The notes beneath the pieces are model-generated. The model was not told the origin of the DNA. It saw only the letters and a program-made list of their open reading frames with translations, and searched no databases. Below, piece after piece: positions 48,884 through 58,765 of a stretch of 64,000 nucleotides of DNA (positions are counted from its first letter, which is position 1; each line of letters opens with the position of its first letter). The position numbers and the translations under genes were made by a program. Origin of the DNA: an uncultured Actinomycetota bacterium (GTDB lineage Bacteria > Actinomycetota > UBA4738 > HRBIN12); contig CAWJFY010000007.1 in assembly GCA_963842295.1 (NCBI GenBank), positions 18,994 to 82,993 of the forward strand, given 5' to 3'.

Positions 48884-49987
48884 TCAGGAACGGAACTCGG
48901 GCCGTCGCAGCGCGCGCGGCGCGGTGCCGTTCCCGCTGGGCGGTTCGTCCCGCAGCTGAGCGAGCCGCTCGAGCAACGAGCGCTCCTCCTTAGAGAGATC
49001 GCGTGGCGTGACGACGTGGACGGTCACGAAGAGGTCACCGCGTCCTCGCCGCTGCAGGTGCGGCACACCCCTACCCCGTAGCCGCAGGACCGTCCCCGAC
49101 TCGGTACCCGCATCGATGGAGAGGCGCTCGGGTCCCTCGAACGTCTCGATCTCGATCTCCCCACCGAGCGTGGCCTGTGTGACGGACACGTCCAGGACGC
49201 CGAAGAGATCGTGCCCCTGCCGCTCGAACGCATCCGACGGCTCGACCTCCACGCCGACGATCAGATCGCCCGGCGGCCCGCCGGCCACCCCCGCGTTGCC
49301 CTCGCCCGCCACGCGAAGATCCATCCCCTCGACGACGCCTGCGGGAACATCGAAGGCGACCGTGCCCGGAGCGCGGACGCGACCTTCTCCCATGCAGTCC
49401 TCACATCGATCGAGGATCTCCTCGCCGGTGCCGCCACATGCCACGCACGGCGCCGCCGTCATCACGGTGCCGAAGATGCTTCGCCGAACGCTCTGGACCT
49501 CTCCGACACCACCGCAGCTCCGGCAGGCGATCGGCGACGTCCCCGGCTCCGCTCCACTGCCGTTGCACCGGGCGCAGCCCGCGAGGCGCTCGACCTCGAT
49601 CTCCTGCTGCACGCCGAAGACCGACCCGCGGAAGGACAGTCGCACGCGAGTGCGGAGGTCTTCGCCGCGGCGGATCCTCGACCTGGGTCCCCTCGATCGC
49701 CCGCCGAACCCGCCTCCGAAGAACATGTCGAAGAGGTCCTGGATGTCGGTGAACGGGGCCCCCTGGGGACCGGCGGATCCGAACTCGTCGTAGCGCCGGC
49801 GCTTGGCGGGATCGGAGAGGATCTCATAGGCGCCAGTGATCTCCTTGAACCGCTCCTGATCTCTCGGATCGGCGTTCACGTCCGGGTGCAGCGTCCGCGC
49901 GAGCTTCCGGTAGGCAGCCTTGATCTCTGCCGGCGGCGCATCTCGCCGGATGCCGAGGATCTCGTACAGGTCGCGGACCGCCGCCAT
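48884..49987 (-). CDS. dnaJ: Chaperone DnaJ
   Basis: J domain DLYEILGI...HPDVN; four CxxCxGxG zinc-finger repeats. Start at M69 of the track ORF. Confidence 0.9.
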   Translation of the reverse strand: MAAVRDLYEILGIRRDAPPAEIKAAYRKLARTLHPDVNADPRDQERFKEITGAYEILSDPAKRRRYDEFGSAGPQGAPFTDIQDLFDMFFGGGFGGRSRGPRSRIRRGEDLRTRVRLSFRGSVFGVQQEIEVERLAGCARCNGSGAEPGTSPIACRSCGGVGEVQSVRRSIFGTVMTAAPCVACGGTGEEILDRCEDCMGEGRVRAPGTVAFDVPAGVVEGMDLRVAGEGNAGVAGGPPGDLIVGVEVEPSDAFERQGHDLFGVLDVSVTQATLGGEIEIETFEGPERLSIDAGTESGTVLRLRGRGVPHLQRRGRGDLFVTVHVVTPRDLSKEERSLLERLAQLRDEPPSGNGTAPRALRRPEFRS

Positions 49988-49989
49988 CC

Positions 49990-51045
49990 CTACGCCTCGT
50001 GCTCGGTGGCGATCTCCGAGAGCCGCTTCGCCACGGCACGGACGGACGCCATCGCCGACAGGTAGTCCATCCGGGTCGGACCCACCACCCCGATCGTTCC
50101 GACCGTGGCGTCGCCGGCTTTGAACGGTGCGGTGACGATGGAGGCCTCCCACTCGCCGGTCGTCGGATGCTCTGCGCCGATCGTGACCCACACGTCCTCC
50201 CGGTCAGCCGTCACATCCTGCAGGACCTGGAGCATCTCCTGTTCGCGCTCGAGGGTCTCGACGAGACGCCGGAGCGTCTGACGACGCCACGCCTGCGCCT
50301 CGTCGGTGAGGTTGGAGACGCCGCCGACGACCACGTGTGCAGCACCCTCCCCCTGGGTCGCGGTCCGGAGCGTCTCGGCGACATGCAGGAGGAGATCGTG
50401 GTCGGACGTGGACGCCTCGGCAGCCAGCTTCAACAAGCGAGCCTGGGCGTCGAGATAGGTCAGCCCTCGCAACGACTGGAGTCGATCCTCGACCGATCGG
50501 AGGACGTCGACATCCACAGACTCGGGTCGATCGATCACGCGCTTGTCCACGCGCCCGTGCTGGCCGACGGCCAGGATCATCACCGTGGGGCCCATGTCGA
50601 TCAGCTCGAGCCGGACGATCGGCTCTTCGGCGGCGCCGGGCGGGACGGCGAGACCGGCGTACTGCGTGAGCCGGCTCAGCAGCTGGACGGATCCCTTGAG
50701 GACCTCCTCCAGATCAAGGATGGCCTCGGCGAAGTACCCGGCGATCGCCCGCCGGTCCGAATTCCGGAGGCGGGCGCCGTGGGGTTGGGTGTCCACGTAG
50801 TGGCGGTATCCGGTGTCGGTGGGGATGCGTCCGGCGCTCGTGTGCGGGTGGGTCAGGAACCCCAGCTCCTCGAGCGCAGCCATCTCGTTGCGGATCGTGG
50901 CGCTCGAGACGCCGAGGCCGGAGCTCTCTGCGATCGTCTCCGAACCCACCGGCTCCCCGGAGCGAACGTACTCCTCGACCAACGCGTTGAGGACCGCCGC
51001 CTTCCGCAGACCGAGCTCGTGGTGCTGCTCCACCATGGCTCTCAT
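49990..51045 (-). CDS. hrcA: Heat-inducible transcription repressor HrcA
   Basis: RKAAVLNALVEEYVRSGEPVGSETIA winged-helix N-terminus; conserved hrcA-dnaJ order. Confidence 0.9.
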   Translation of the reverse strand: MRAMVEQHHELGLRKAAVLNALVEEYVRSGEPVGSETIAESSGLGVSSATIRNEMAALEELGFLTHPHTSAGRIPTDTGYRHYVDTQPHGARLRNSDRRAIAGYFAEAILDLEEVLKGSVQLLSRLTQYAGLAVPPGAAEEPIVRLELIDMGPTVMILAVGQHGRVDKRVIDRPESVDVDVLRSVEDRLQSLRGLTYLDAQARLLKLAAEASTSDHDLLLHVAETLRTATQGEGAAHVVVGGVSNLTDEAQAWRRQTLRRLVETLEREQEMLQVLQDVTADREDVWVTIGAEHPTTGEWEASIVTAPFKAGDATVGTIGVVGPTRMDYLSAMASVRAVAKRLSEIATEHEA

Positions 51046-51049
51046 GCTA

Positions 51050-51076
51050 CTGGCACTCTCGGTGGCCGAGTGCTAG
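51050..51076. promoter_or_regulatory. CIRCE operator (HrcA binding site) immediately upstream of hrcA
   Basis: CTGGCACTC-tcggtggcc-GAGTGCTAG versus consensus TTAGCACTC-N9-GAGTGCTAA; perfect 9-nt spacer. Confidence 0.8.
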
Positions 51077-51125
51077 GCAGCGCCGGAACCCACGTGTCCA
51101 ACTCGAAGATGCCCGTGAGGACCGA

Positions 51126-51734
51126 TCAGCACCAGTCCACGGCGTTGAGAGCATCCAGGAGCTGGTTCGTCGCCGCCTGCGTGTCGCCGCCGCCCTGCGC
51201 CACCTGCTGGTAGGTCTCGATCGCCGCGACGACATCGTCCACGAGCTCGGCGCGGTCCGTCTCCCCCAGTCCTCTGAGAGCAGCGGCATCTTCGGTCAGC
51301 GCCTCGGCGGCTCGCCCCAGAGCGTCTACCCGGAGCAGCTGGACGTCGACCAGATCTCGGCACACCTTCATCGCGGGTTCGGCGATCGCCGAGGGCGATG
51401 TGGACGACGGGGTCGGAGTGGCGGGGTCGTCGCCACCGAGCACTTGCGCGAGGGCGATCACGGCGCCGATCGCCAGGATCGCACCCGCCACGATCGGGAG
51501 GGAGAAGCCCGCGCTCGAGATCCCTCGTCGGTTCCTCCCATGGGGTGTCCCGCAGTTCGGACAGGTCCATGCGCGCGTGCCCGGGCGCGTGTGGAAGCGA
51601 CCGCTGCAGACCGTGCACCGCACGAAGCTCCAGGTGCCCGCGCAAACGATGCATCGATAGCCCTCCGCGTCGGCGTCGATCTCCTGGCGCGTCTGGCACT
51701 GAGGGCAGGTGATCTGAGCCATCGGCCGGCTCAT
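51126..51734 (-). CDS. Double zinc-ribbon membrane protein (hypothetical)
   Basis: Start near MSRPMAQITCPQCQ. Two CxxC...CxxC pairs (CPQC/CIVC and CTVC/CPNC), one TM helix (LPIVAGAILAIGAVIALA), C-terminal extracytoplasmic domain. Confidence 0.5.
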   Translation of the reverse strand: MSRPMAQITCPQCQTRQEIDADAEGYRCIVCAGTWSFVRCTVCSGRFHTRPGTRAWTCPNCGTPHGRNRRGISSAGFSLPIVAGAILAIGAVIALAQVLGGDDPATPTPSSTSPSAIAEPAMKVCRDLVDVQLLRVDALGRAAEALTEDAAALRGLGETDRAELVDDVVAAIETYQQVAQGGGDTQAATNQLLDALNAVDWC

Positions 51735-53275
51735 GCTACCCGTCGCTGCTCGCTCGACCTGGCGAGAAGCACCTTCGCCCCGGCGGCCAGCGCCGATACC
51801 GCTGCGATCCCGAGGAGCGTTGCGGCCAGGCCCATCTGGGAGCCGAATCCGGGCGGCGGTGGATCGCAGAGACCCTGGAGCGTGGTCCCCAGCCGTGCCT
51901 CGAGGCTCGGCGTGGTGCCGGCCAGGTTCTGCAATTGGAACGGGTCCGCGTCCAGATCGTAGAGCTCTCGTTCTCCCGTCTCGTAAGACGCGAAGAGATA
52001 CCGGGCCGTCCGCACAGCGCAGTACGTGGGGACCGGGTTGGTTCCCCGGAGATGCTCGATCAGGACCGCGCGGCGCCACGCTCCCGACCGTCCCGCGAGC
52101 AGGGGGATCAGGCTGTTCCCATCGGCGTCGGGAAGCTCCACGCCGGCGACGTCTGCGATCGTCGGCGCCAGGTCGATGTTGGCGACCACGTGGTCGTCCG
52201 TGCGGACCGCCTCACCAACGACCGCATCGGCGCGCACGATCAACGGAACCCTGATCGCCTCCTCGTACGGCACCTCCTTCTTGATCCATCGATGCTCGCC
52301 CCACAGCAGCCCGTTGTCGGAGGTGTAGATCACGAGGGCATCGTCCAGCCGGCCGGTGTCCTTCATAGCGCCCATCAAGCGATCGACCGCCCGATCGACC
52401 GCCTGCAGTGATCGGTATTGGTTCCGCCGCAAGGTGTCGACGTACTCCGTGCGGTCCGGCCCCACCCGGGGAAGCACCCGGACATACCCCGGCTTGTCCG
52501 TGCGGTCCGCTTCGTTGAAGGAGGGAGGTCTCCACACCTGGAGATCGCCGAAGCCTCCTTCGTCGACCGGCGACGGGATCGCGGGGGCGTGCGGCGCCGC
52601 CGGGGCGAAGATCGCGAACACCGGGCCTTCGCTCTCACGGATGAAGTCCTCGGTCTGATCGGCCAGGACGTCGGTCGAGTAGTCGGCGGCCTCGGCGCCG
52701 TACCGCTGCACGGTCCCGTCGATCGTGAGGCCGTAGTCGAAGTACTCCGCGTGGACGAAGGCGACCCATCGGTCCCACCCCGGCGGCACATACCCGGAGA
52801 GCGCATCGGATTGGTAGGAGTCGAGGTACTTCCCGAAGAATCCCGTCCGGTAGCCAGCGTCGTCCAGCTTCGTGGCGATCGTGGTCGAGTCTTCGAACGA
52901 CTTGAAGCCGCCGTGGAGACCACTTTGGCGATACACCCCCGTCGTGTGCGGGTAAGCCCCCGTCAGGATCGAGGCGCGGCTCGGACAGCACAGCGAGCTC
53001 GTGGTGAACGACTGCGCGAAGCTCACTCCCCTCTCCACCAGCGATCCCTGCACTTCTGGCATCGCCCACAGCGTGTCCCATCGCTGGTCGTCGGTGACGA
53101 TCAGCAGGATCGAGGGAGGGTCCGTCGGCTCATCCTGTGCCGCCGCCGATGGCGCCAGGGATATGGACAAGGCAAGGGCCGCCAGGAACGCGAACGCCAG
53201 GCGACGCGCCTTCCCCGAGCCGGAGGAACGTCCACTGAAGAAGGAAGCGAACGGGGAAGCGCCGGGGCCCTGCAT
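51731..53275 (-). CDS. Sulfatase (Cys-type), secreted, with C-terminal TM anchor
   Basis: Signal peptide (LAFAFLAALALSISLAPSAAA); ILLIVTDDQRWD; SSLCCPSRASILTGAYPHTTGV; C-terminal hydrophobic helix MGLAATLLGIAAVSALAAG. Confidence 0.8.
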   Translation of the reverse strand: MQGPGASPFASFFSGRSSGSGKARRLAFAFLAALALSISLAPSAAAQDEPTDPPSILLIVTDDQRWDTLWAMPEVQGSLVERGVSFAQSFTTSSLCCPSRASILTGAYPHTTGVYRQSGLHGGFKSFEDSTTIATKLDDAGYRTGFFGKYLDSYQSDALSGYVPPGWDRWVAFVHAEYFDYGLTIDGTVQRYGAEAADYSTDVLADQTEDFIRESEGPVFAIFAPAAPHAPAIPSPVDEGGFGDLQVWRPPSFNEADRTDKPGYVRVLPRVGPDRTEYVDTLRRNQYRSLQAVDRAVDRLMGAMKDTGRLDDALVIYTSDNGLLWGEHRWIKKEVPYEEAIRVPLIVRADAVVGEAVRTDDHVVANIDLAPTIADVAGVELPDADGNSLIPLLAGRSGAWRRAVLIEHLRGTNPVPTYCAVRTARYLFASYETGERELYDLDADPFQLQNLAGTTPSLEARLGTTLQGLCDPPPPGFGSQMGLAATLLGIAAVSALAAGAKVLLARSSEQRRVA

Positions 53276-53397
53276 CGCGGCGGAGCGTACCCCCTCGCGG
53301 TTCGCGGAGAGGAAACGGATCTGGCGTGACAACCGTTCCGGGCTCCCAGGCGTCCTACGATCGGTGACGGTCAACGATCTCGAGAAGGGGAACGAGA

Positions 53398-53907
53398 CTG
53401 GACGAAGCCGAGATCCGCGGGTTCCTGGCGCGAGACTACGCGCGCCTGGTGAACGCCGTGGCCCTTGCGTCCGGGAGCTACCCCGCAGCGGAGGACGCCG
53501 TGCAGGAGGCACTGGTTCGAGCATGGATGCGATCCGAACGAGGCGAGCGGGTCGAGTCGCTCCCCGCATGGGTGGCGGCGGTGGCGCTCAACCAGACGCG
53601 GAGTGGGTGGCGCCGGGCGATGGCCGAACGACGGGCCCGGCGGCTCTCGCCCGAGCGATCGGGTTCGGTCGCCTCGGCACCGACCGAGGAGCACGTCGAC
53701 GTGGCGAGGGCGCTCGCAACGCTCCCCCGCCGGCAGCGCGAGGTGGCCGTCCTTCGGTACTTGCTGGAGATGAGCACCGCCGAGGTCGCGGCAGCGCTGG
53801 GGATCACCCAAGGGACCGTGAAGAGCTCGCTCGCGCGAGCGAGAGCGCATCTCGTGGAGGCGCTCGCCGTGCATGAAGAGGTGACGAACGATGTCGAAGG
53901 TCGATGA
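53398..53907 (+). CDS. ECF-type (group 4) sigma factor; start codon unresolved
   Basis: Region 2 (RDYARLVNAVALASGSYPAAEDAVQEALVRAW) and region 4 (LPRRQREVAVLRYLLEMSTAEVAAALGITQGTVKSSLARAR). The GTG at 53449 used by the track would cut into region 2. No ATG/GTG/TTG in frame between the upstream TGA (53365) and 53449. A CTG at 53398 follows an AAGGGG SD-like motif. Confidence 0.65.
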   Translation: MDEAEIRGFLARDYARLVNAVALASGSYPAAEDAVQEALVRAWMRSERGERVESLPAWVAAVALNQTRSGWRRAMAERRARRLSPERSGSVASAPTEEHVDVARALATLPRRQREVAVLRYLLEMSTAEVAAALGITQGTVKSSLARARAHLVEALAVHEEVTNDVEGR

Positions 53908-54844
53908 CGAGCTGACGCGCCGGCTCCGCCGTGCCGAGCGCCCGGTGGACGGCGACGACGTGTTCGAGGGGTTGGAGCGTCGGCGGTCGCACCGCGAACG
54001 GGTCCGTCGTGTGCAGGGGGGTCTGTTGGCGTTCGCGGTGCTCGCCGCGACCCTCGGAGGCTTCGCAGCATTGTCTCGTGCCTTCCGCGAGCAGCCCGAG
54101 CGGCCGGCATCGCCTCAGCCGAGCGGTTCACCGAGCCCAGCGATCGCCGGACGTGACATCGGTCTCGGCGTCGCGATGTGCGACCTCGAGGTCCTGCACG
54201 GCATCGACTGGGACGGCACCGGCATCGATGGCGCCGCGTGGACGGGCGCCCCCGTGGACGAGGACGGCCGGTGTTCGTCCTCGGCCGATGTGCAGCACGT
54301 TGTCGCCGTCGATCGGGACGGCGACGGGATCGCGGAGCAGGGATCCACGTCCACGCTCCGTTCGTGTCTGCTCTGCCGTCCGTTCGACACCATGGACCTG
54401 AACGACGACGGCGTCCTCGAGCTCGTCGTCCTCGAGGAGGCGAGCAGCACGCCGACGTACTCGCTGTACGAGGTCAATCGCCCTGGTTCCGAGCGCGCCC
54501 TCGGCGTCTACCCGATCTTCGTCGCGCCACCGGGCGCGCCGGCGATGAATCTCGACCCCAACGAGCCGACCCGCTTCATGGTGGGCGGTGACGAGGGTTT
54601 CTCCGGGAGCATCGCGTGCGAAAAGGACGGACCAGGCCCGCCGATCCTTCGCTACACATGGGTGCGCGGTGCGGTCGACACAGACACGGAGCTGAGGGTG
54701 GACGTGACGAGGCTCTCTTTCGGAGAAGATGGTGTGGTCCACATCGAGAGCGTCGACCGATTCAGCGTCCCGAGGAACCCCGAGCCCACCGATCTCAAGT
54801 CGACGGAGCCCGCCTGCGGCGTGGACTTCCACCCCGCCGCCTAG
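53891..54844 (+). CDS. Putative anti-sigma factor (cytoplasmic N-terminus, single TM, extracytoplasmic repeat domain)
   Basis: Overlaps the sigma 3' end by 17 nt. TM LLAFAVLAATLGGFAAL about 50 aa from the N-terminus; Asp/Gly-rich FG-GAP/VCBS-like segments in the C-terminal domain. Confidence 0.55.
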   Translation: MSKVDDELTRRLRRAERPVDGDDVFEGLERRRSHRERVRRVQGGLLAFAVLAATLGGFAALSRAFREQPERPASPQPSGSPSPAIAGRDIGLGVAMCDLEVLHGIDWDGTGIDGAAWTGAPVDEDGRCSSSADVQHVVAVDRDGDGIAEQGSTSTLRSCLLCRPFDTMDLNDDGVLELVVLEEASSTPTYSLYEVNRPGSERALGVYPIFVAPPGAPAMNLDPNEPTRFMVGGDEGFSGSIACEKDGPGPPILRYTWVRGAVDTDTELRVDVTRLSFGEDGVVHIESVDRFSVPRNPEPTDLKSTEPACGVDFHPAA

Positions 54845-55957
54845 GCGGTCAGGCCGAGGACGAGCTCGTTCAGGAGCAGCATCCCGCGCTCCGTCGGGAT
54901 CAGGTTGCCGTCGTCATCTAAGAGGAGGCCGCTCTCCAGATACGGATCGGCGCGGCCGTCGTCGACCCAGCTCGCCGGGATGCCCTGGAGGATCCGGAGG
55001 CGAAGGAACACCTCCTCGAGGTAGGCGTCGGCGGGTTCGAGCTCCTCGGACCCGCCGACGGGAAGCTCGCCGCGTTCGACCATCGACAGGTACTCCTCCG
55101 GCGGGCGGACGTTCCACCAACGCCGGCCGTCCCGATACGCGTGCGCGCCGGCACCGAGCCCGACGTAGGGCCGTCGCTCCCAGTACCCCAGGTTGTGGCG
55201 GCACTCATACCCGGGCTTCGCCCAGTTGGAGACCTCGTAGTGGCCGTAGCCCGCGTCACCGAGCAGCCCGCACGCCGTTTCGAACATCTCCGCCTGGAGG
55301 TCGGGATCGGGCGCCGGTGTGTCGCCTCGCGCTACCTGGCGGCCGAGCGCCGTCGCCGGTTCGATCGTGAGCGCGTACGCGCTCACGTGCTCCGGCGACA
55401 GCGCGATCGCTTCCTCGAGGGTCCGCTCCCAAGACTCCACGCTCTCCCCCGCGGCGCCGTAGATCAGGTCGAGGTTCACGTTGTCGTAGCCGGCCGAGCG
55501 AGCGGCGCGGAAGGCCCGGACGAACCGACTCCGGTTGGTGGATTCGCTCGAGCGCCGCGAGCACCGAACGGTCGAAGGACTGCGCGCCCATCGACAAGCG
55601 GCCGTAGCCCGCTTCCCGCAACCCGGAGAGCTTCTGCTCGTCCACGGTGTCGGGGTTCGCTTCGATCGTGACCTCCGCGTCGGGCGTCACGGCGAAGACG
55701 GACCGCAGCGGGCGAGCAGCGCCTTCAGGTCGGCGACCTCGAGCGTCGTCGGCGTGCCGCCTCCGAGGAAGACGCTCACGATCTCCTCGTCCTCCCACGA
55801 GGGCGCGGCGAGCTCCGCCTCCCGGAGCAACGCCGCCACGTATCGCGACGCCAGGTGATCGAGTCCCGGCGTACGCGTTGAAGTCGCAGTAGCCGCACCT
55901 CGTCAAACAGAATGGGACGTGGACGTAGATGCCGGCGGCGTCCAGGAGCGGCCTCAC
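54841..55957 (-). pseudogene. hemW: Radical-SAM heme chaperone HemW (HemN-like) disrupted by three apparent frameshifts
   Basis: N-terminal [29 protein letters not shown] (CxxxCxxC). Correct frame is lost after NAYAG (about 55860), regained at LRSVFAVTPDAEVTIEANPD, lost again at a GGG run (about 55490), and resumes in ORF 54841..55479 (NLDLIYGAAGES...). Alternate frames encode LDHLASRYVAALLREAELAAPSWEDEEIVSVFLGGGTPTT and AFRAARSAGYDNV. Confidence 0.7.
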
Positions 55958-57753
55958 TTCTTCTTCGCCCCCTCGTCAGCGCGCAAGGCCGCGATGAACG
56001 CTTCCTGCGGCACGTCCACGCGACCGACCTTCCGGAGCCGCGCCTTCCCCTTCTTCTGCTCTTCCAGCAGCTTCCGTTTGCGCGTGATGTCCCCCCCGTA
56101 GCACTTCGCGAGCACGTCCTTGCGCTTCGCCTTCACCGTCTCCCGCGCGATGATCTTCGAGCCGATCGCTGCCTGGATCGCGACGTCGAACATCTGCCGA
56201 GGGATCAGCTCGCGGAGCCGCTCCGTCATCTTCTTCCCGTACGAGTAGGCCTTCGACCGGTGGACGATCGTGCTGAAGGCGTCGACGGGCTCGCCGTGCA
56301 GGAGCACGTCAACGCGCACGACGTCGGACTCCTGATAGCCCCACGGCTCGTAGTCGAGAGACGCGTAGCCGCGAGTACTCGACTTCAGATGGTCGAAGAA
56401 ATCGAAGACGATCTCGGCGAGCGGCAGCATGTAGTGCACCTCGACCCGCTCGGGTGTGAGGAAGGTCGTGTCCACCAGCTCGCCCCGTCGCGACTGGCAG
56501 AGGTCGAGCACCGCACCCAGGTATTCCTTCGGGGTGATCACCGTGGCGAACACGATGGGCTCCTCGACCCGGTCGTAGGTCCCCGGCACGGGCATCTCCG
56601 CCGGGTTGTGGACGACGATCGTCTCGTCTCCACGGATCACGTGGAACTCGACGTTGGGCGCGGTCGCGATGAGCTCCAGGTCGAACTCGCGCTCGAGTCG
56701 CTCCTTCACGATGTCCATGTGGAGCAGACCGAGGAACCCGACCCGGAAACCGAACCCGAGCGCCGTCGAGGTCTCCGGCTCGTAGCTGAGCGCAGAGTCG
56801 GAGAGCCTCAGGCGATCCAGCGCCTCGCGGAGCTCCGAGTAGTCGCCACCCTCGTTGGGGAACAGACCCGACCACACCATCGGCTTGGGCTCTCGGTATC
56901 CGGGCAGGGGCTCGCGCGCGGCGTGCTTGCCGGCGATCGTGATCGTGTCGCCGACCTTCGCCTGATGGACGTCCTTCAATCCGGTGACGATGTAGCCGAC
57001 CTCGCCCGGACCGAGCAGATCGACCGGGAGGGGCTCGGGTGCCATGACGCCGGCCTCCTCGGCCTCGGACTCGACGCCGGTCGCCATCAGACGGATCTTC
57101 GCCCGGCTCGGCAGTTCGCCCTCCTTCACGCGGACGGAGGCGATCACACCCCGGTACGGGTCGAACATCGAGTCGAAGACGAGGGCCCGAAGCGGTGCCT
57201 CGGCATCGCCGACGGGCGCGGGCACGTGCTCGATCACCGCCTTCAGGAGGTCCTCGACGCCTTCCCCGGTCTTCGCCGAGATCCGCAGGATGTCGTCGGG
57301 ATCGCGGTCGAGGAGATCGGCCAGCTCCTTCGCCCGCTGGTCCGGCTCGGCCGCCGGCAGGTCGATCTTGTTCAACGCCGGCACGATCGTGAGGCCCGCG
57401 TCCCGTGCCAGGTGGAAGTTCGCGAGCGTCTGCGCCTCGAGTCCCTGCGCGGCATCCACGAGGAGGATGGCGCCTTCGCACGCCTCGAGCGAGCGAGAGA
57501 CCTCGTAGGTGAAGTCGACGTGCCCAGGCGTGTCGATCAGGTTCAGCTCGTACCCGTCGTGGTTGAGCCGGACCGCCTGCGCCTTGATGGTGATCCCCCG
57601 CTCCCGCTCTAGGTCCATGCGATCCAGGTACTGGGCGCGCATGTCGCGGTCCGCCACGGCGTGGGTCAGCTCGAGCAGCCGATCGGCGAGCGTCGACTTG
57701 CCGTGGTCGATGTGCGCCACGATGCAGAAGTTCCGGATGTGGGAGACGTCCAC
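55954..57753 (-). CDS. lepA: Elongation factor 4 (LepA)
   Basis: GTG start; [23 protein letters not shown]-domain; full-length LepA with unique C-terminal domain. Confidence 0.9.
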   Translation of the reverse strand: MDVSHIRNFCIVAHIDHGKSTLADRLLELTHAVADRDMRAQYLDRMDLERERGITIKAQAVRLNHDGYELNLIDTPGHVDFTYEVSRSLEACEGAILLVDAAQGLEAQTLANFHLARDAGLTIVPALNKIDLPAAEPDQRAKELADLLDRDPDDILRISAKTGEGVEDLLKAVIEHVPAPVGDAEAPLRALVFDSMFDPYRGVIASVRVKEGELPSRAKIRLMATGVESEAEEAGVMAPEPLPVDLLGPGEVGYIVTGLKDVHQAKVGDTITIAGKHAAREPLPGYREPKPMVWSGLFPNEGGDYSELREALDRLRLSDSALSYEPETSTALGFGFRVGFLGLLHMDIVKERLEREFDLELIATAPNVEFHVIRGDETIVVHNPAEMPVPGTYDRVEEPIVFATVITPKEYLGAVLDLCQSRRGELVDTTFLTPERVEVHYMLPLAEIVFDFFDHLKSSTRGYASLDYEPWGYQESDVVRVDVLLHGEPVDAFSTIVHRSKAYSYGKKMTERLRELIPRQMFDVAIQAAIGSKIIARETVKAKRKDVLAKCYGGDITRKRKLLEEQKKGKARLRKVGRVDVPQEAFIAALRADEGAKKK

Positions 57754-57826
57754 GAGCCACTCATGCTACGAGTGAGATGGGCCGGGCCGGGGAGTTGAGA
57801 ACCCGCTGGTAGACTCCCCGCTTCCC

Positions 57827-58096
57827 ATGGCGAACATCAAGTCCCAGATCAAGCGCAACCGCCAGAACGAGAAGCGCGGCGAGCGGAACAAGACCGTCCG
57901 GACGGCCCTCAAGACGTCGACGAAGAAGGTCAGGGCGGCCGTCGCATCAGGCGATGCCGACGAGGCAACGACCCTGCAGCGCGAGGCCTCACGCGCACTC
58001 GACAAGGCCGTCGCCAAGGGCATCGTGCACAAGCGGACGGCCGCCCGGCGCAAGAGCCGGCTGGCCAAAGCCGCGAGCTCGACCCCGTCGGAGTAG
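57827..58096 (+). CDS. rpsT: 30S ribosomal protein S20
   Basis: [30 protein letters not shown]... classic bS20. Confidence 0.9.
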   Translation: MANIKSQIKRNRQNEKRGERNKTVRTALKTSTKKVRAAVASGDADEATTLQREASRALDKAVAKGIVHKRTAARRKSRLAKAASSTPSE

Positions 58097-58135
58097 CAGC
58101 GCGCTTCTTCGACACGTCCCTAGACTCGCGTCGCG

Positions 58136-58765
58136 ATGCCCGCTGAGCGCTCGAACCGATCGATGGAGCGGTACTACGAGCGCCGATCTGCCGAGTACGA
58201 CGACTGGTACCTGGGCGCCGGGCTCTTCGCCGACCGGGATCGTCCCGGGTGGGAGGACGAGCTCGCAGCCGTCGAGGATGTGATCTCCACGCTCCCGCTG
58301 GCACGGACCCTGGATGTCGCCTGCGGGACCGGCTTCATCACGAGGTGCTTCCGAGGCCGTGTCGTGGCGATCGATTCGAGCCCGGGGATGCTGGCGGAAT
58401 CACGCGCCAGGCACGATCACCCGCTCGTCCGGGCCGATGCGTTCGCGCTGCCCTTCCGGAGCGAGAGCTTCGATCGCGTCTTCACCGGCCACTTCTACGG
58501 GCATCTGGATCCGGAGCAGCGAGTCCGGTTCCGGGCCGAGAGCCATCGGGTCGCCTTATCCCTCGTCGTCCTCGATGCGGCACTCCGCGATGATGTCGAC
58601 TCCGAACAGATCCAGGAACGAGTCTTGAAGGACGGGTCTTCCCATCGGGTCTTCAAGAGGTACTTCACCGCGTCACAGCTCTCGAGTGAACTCGGAGGCG
58701 GACGCGTGCTGTTCGAGGGTCGATGGTTCGTGGTGGTCGAGTCTTCCGCGTTCCTTGGGCGCTAA
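58136..58765 (+). CDS. Class I SAM-dependent methyltransferase
   Basis: LDVACGTGFIT (motif I); Methyltransf_11-like spacing. Confidence 0.7.
   Translation: MPAERSNRSMERYYERRSAEYDDWYLGAGLFADRDRPGWEDELAAVEDVISTLPLARTLDVACGTGFITRCFRGRVVAIDSSPGMLAESRARHDHPLVRADAFALPFRSESFDRVFTGHFYGHLDPEQRVRFRAESHRVALSLVVLDAALRDDVDSEQIQERVLKDGSSHRVFKRYFTASQLSSELGGGRVLFEGRWFVVVESSAFLGR

Noticed and set aside
56309-57760. 483-aa minus-strand ORF
   Set aside because: Out-of-frame shadow of lepA.
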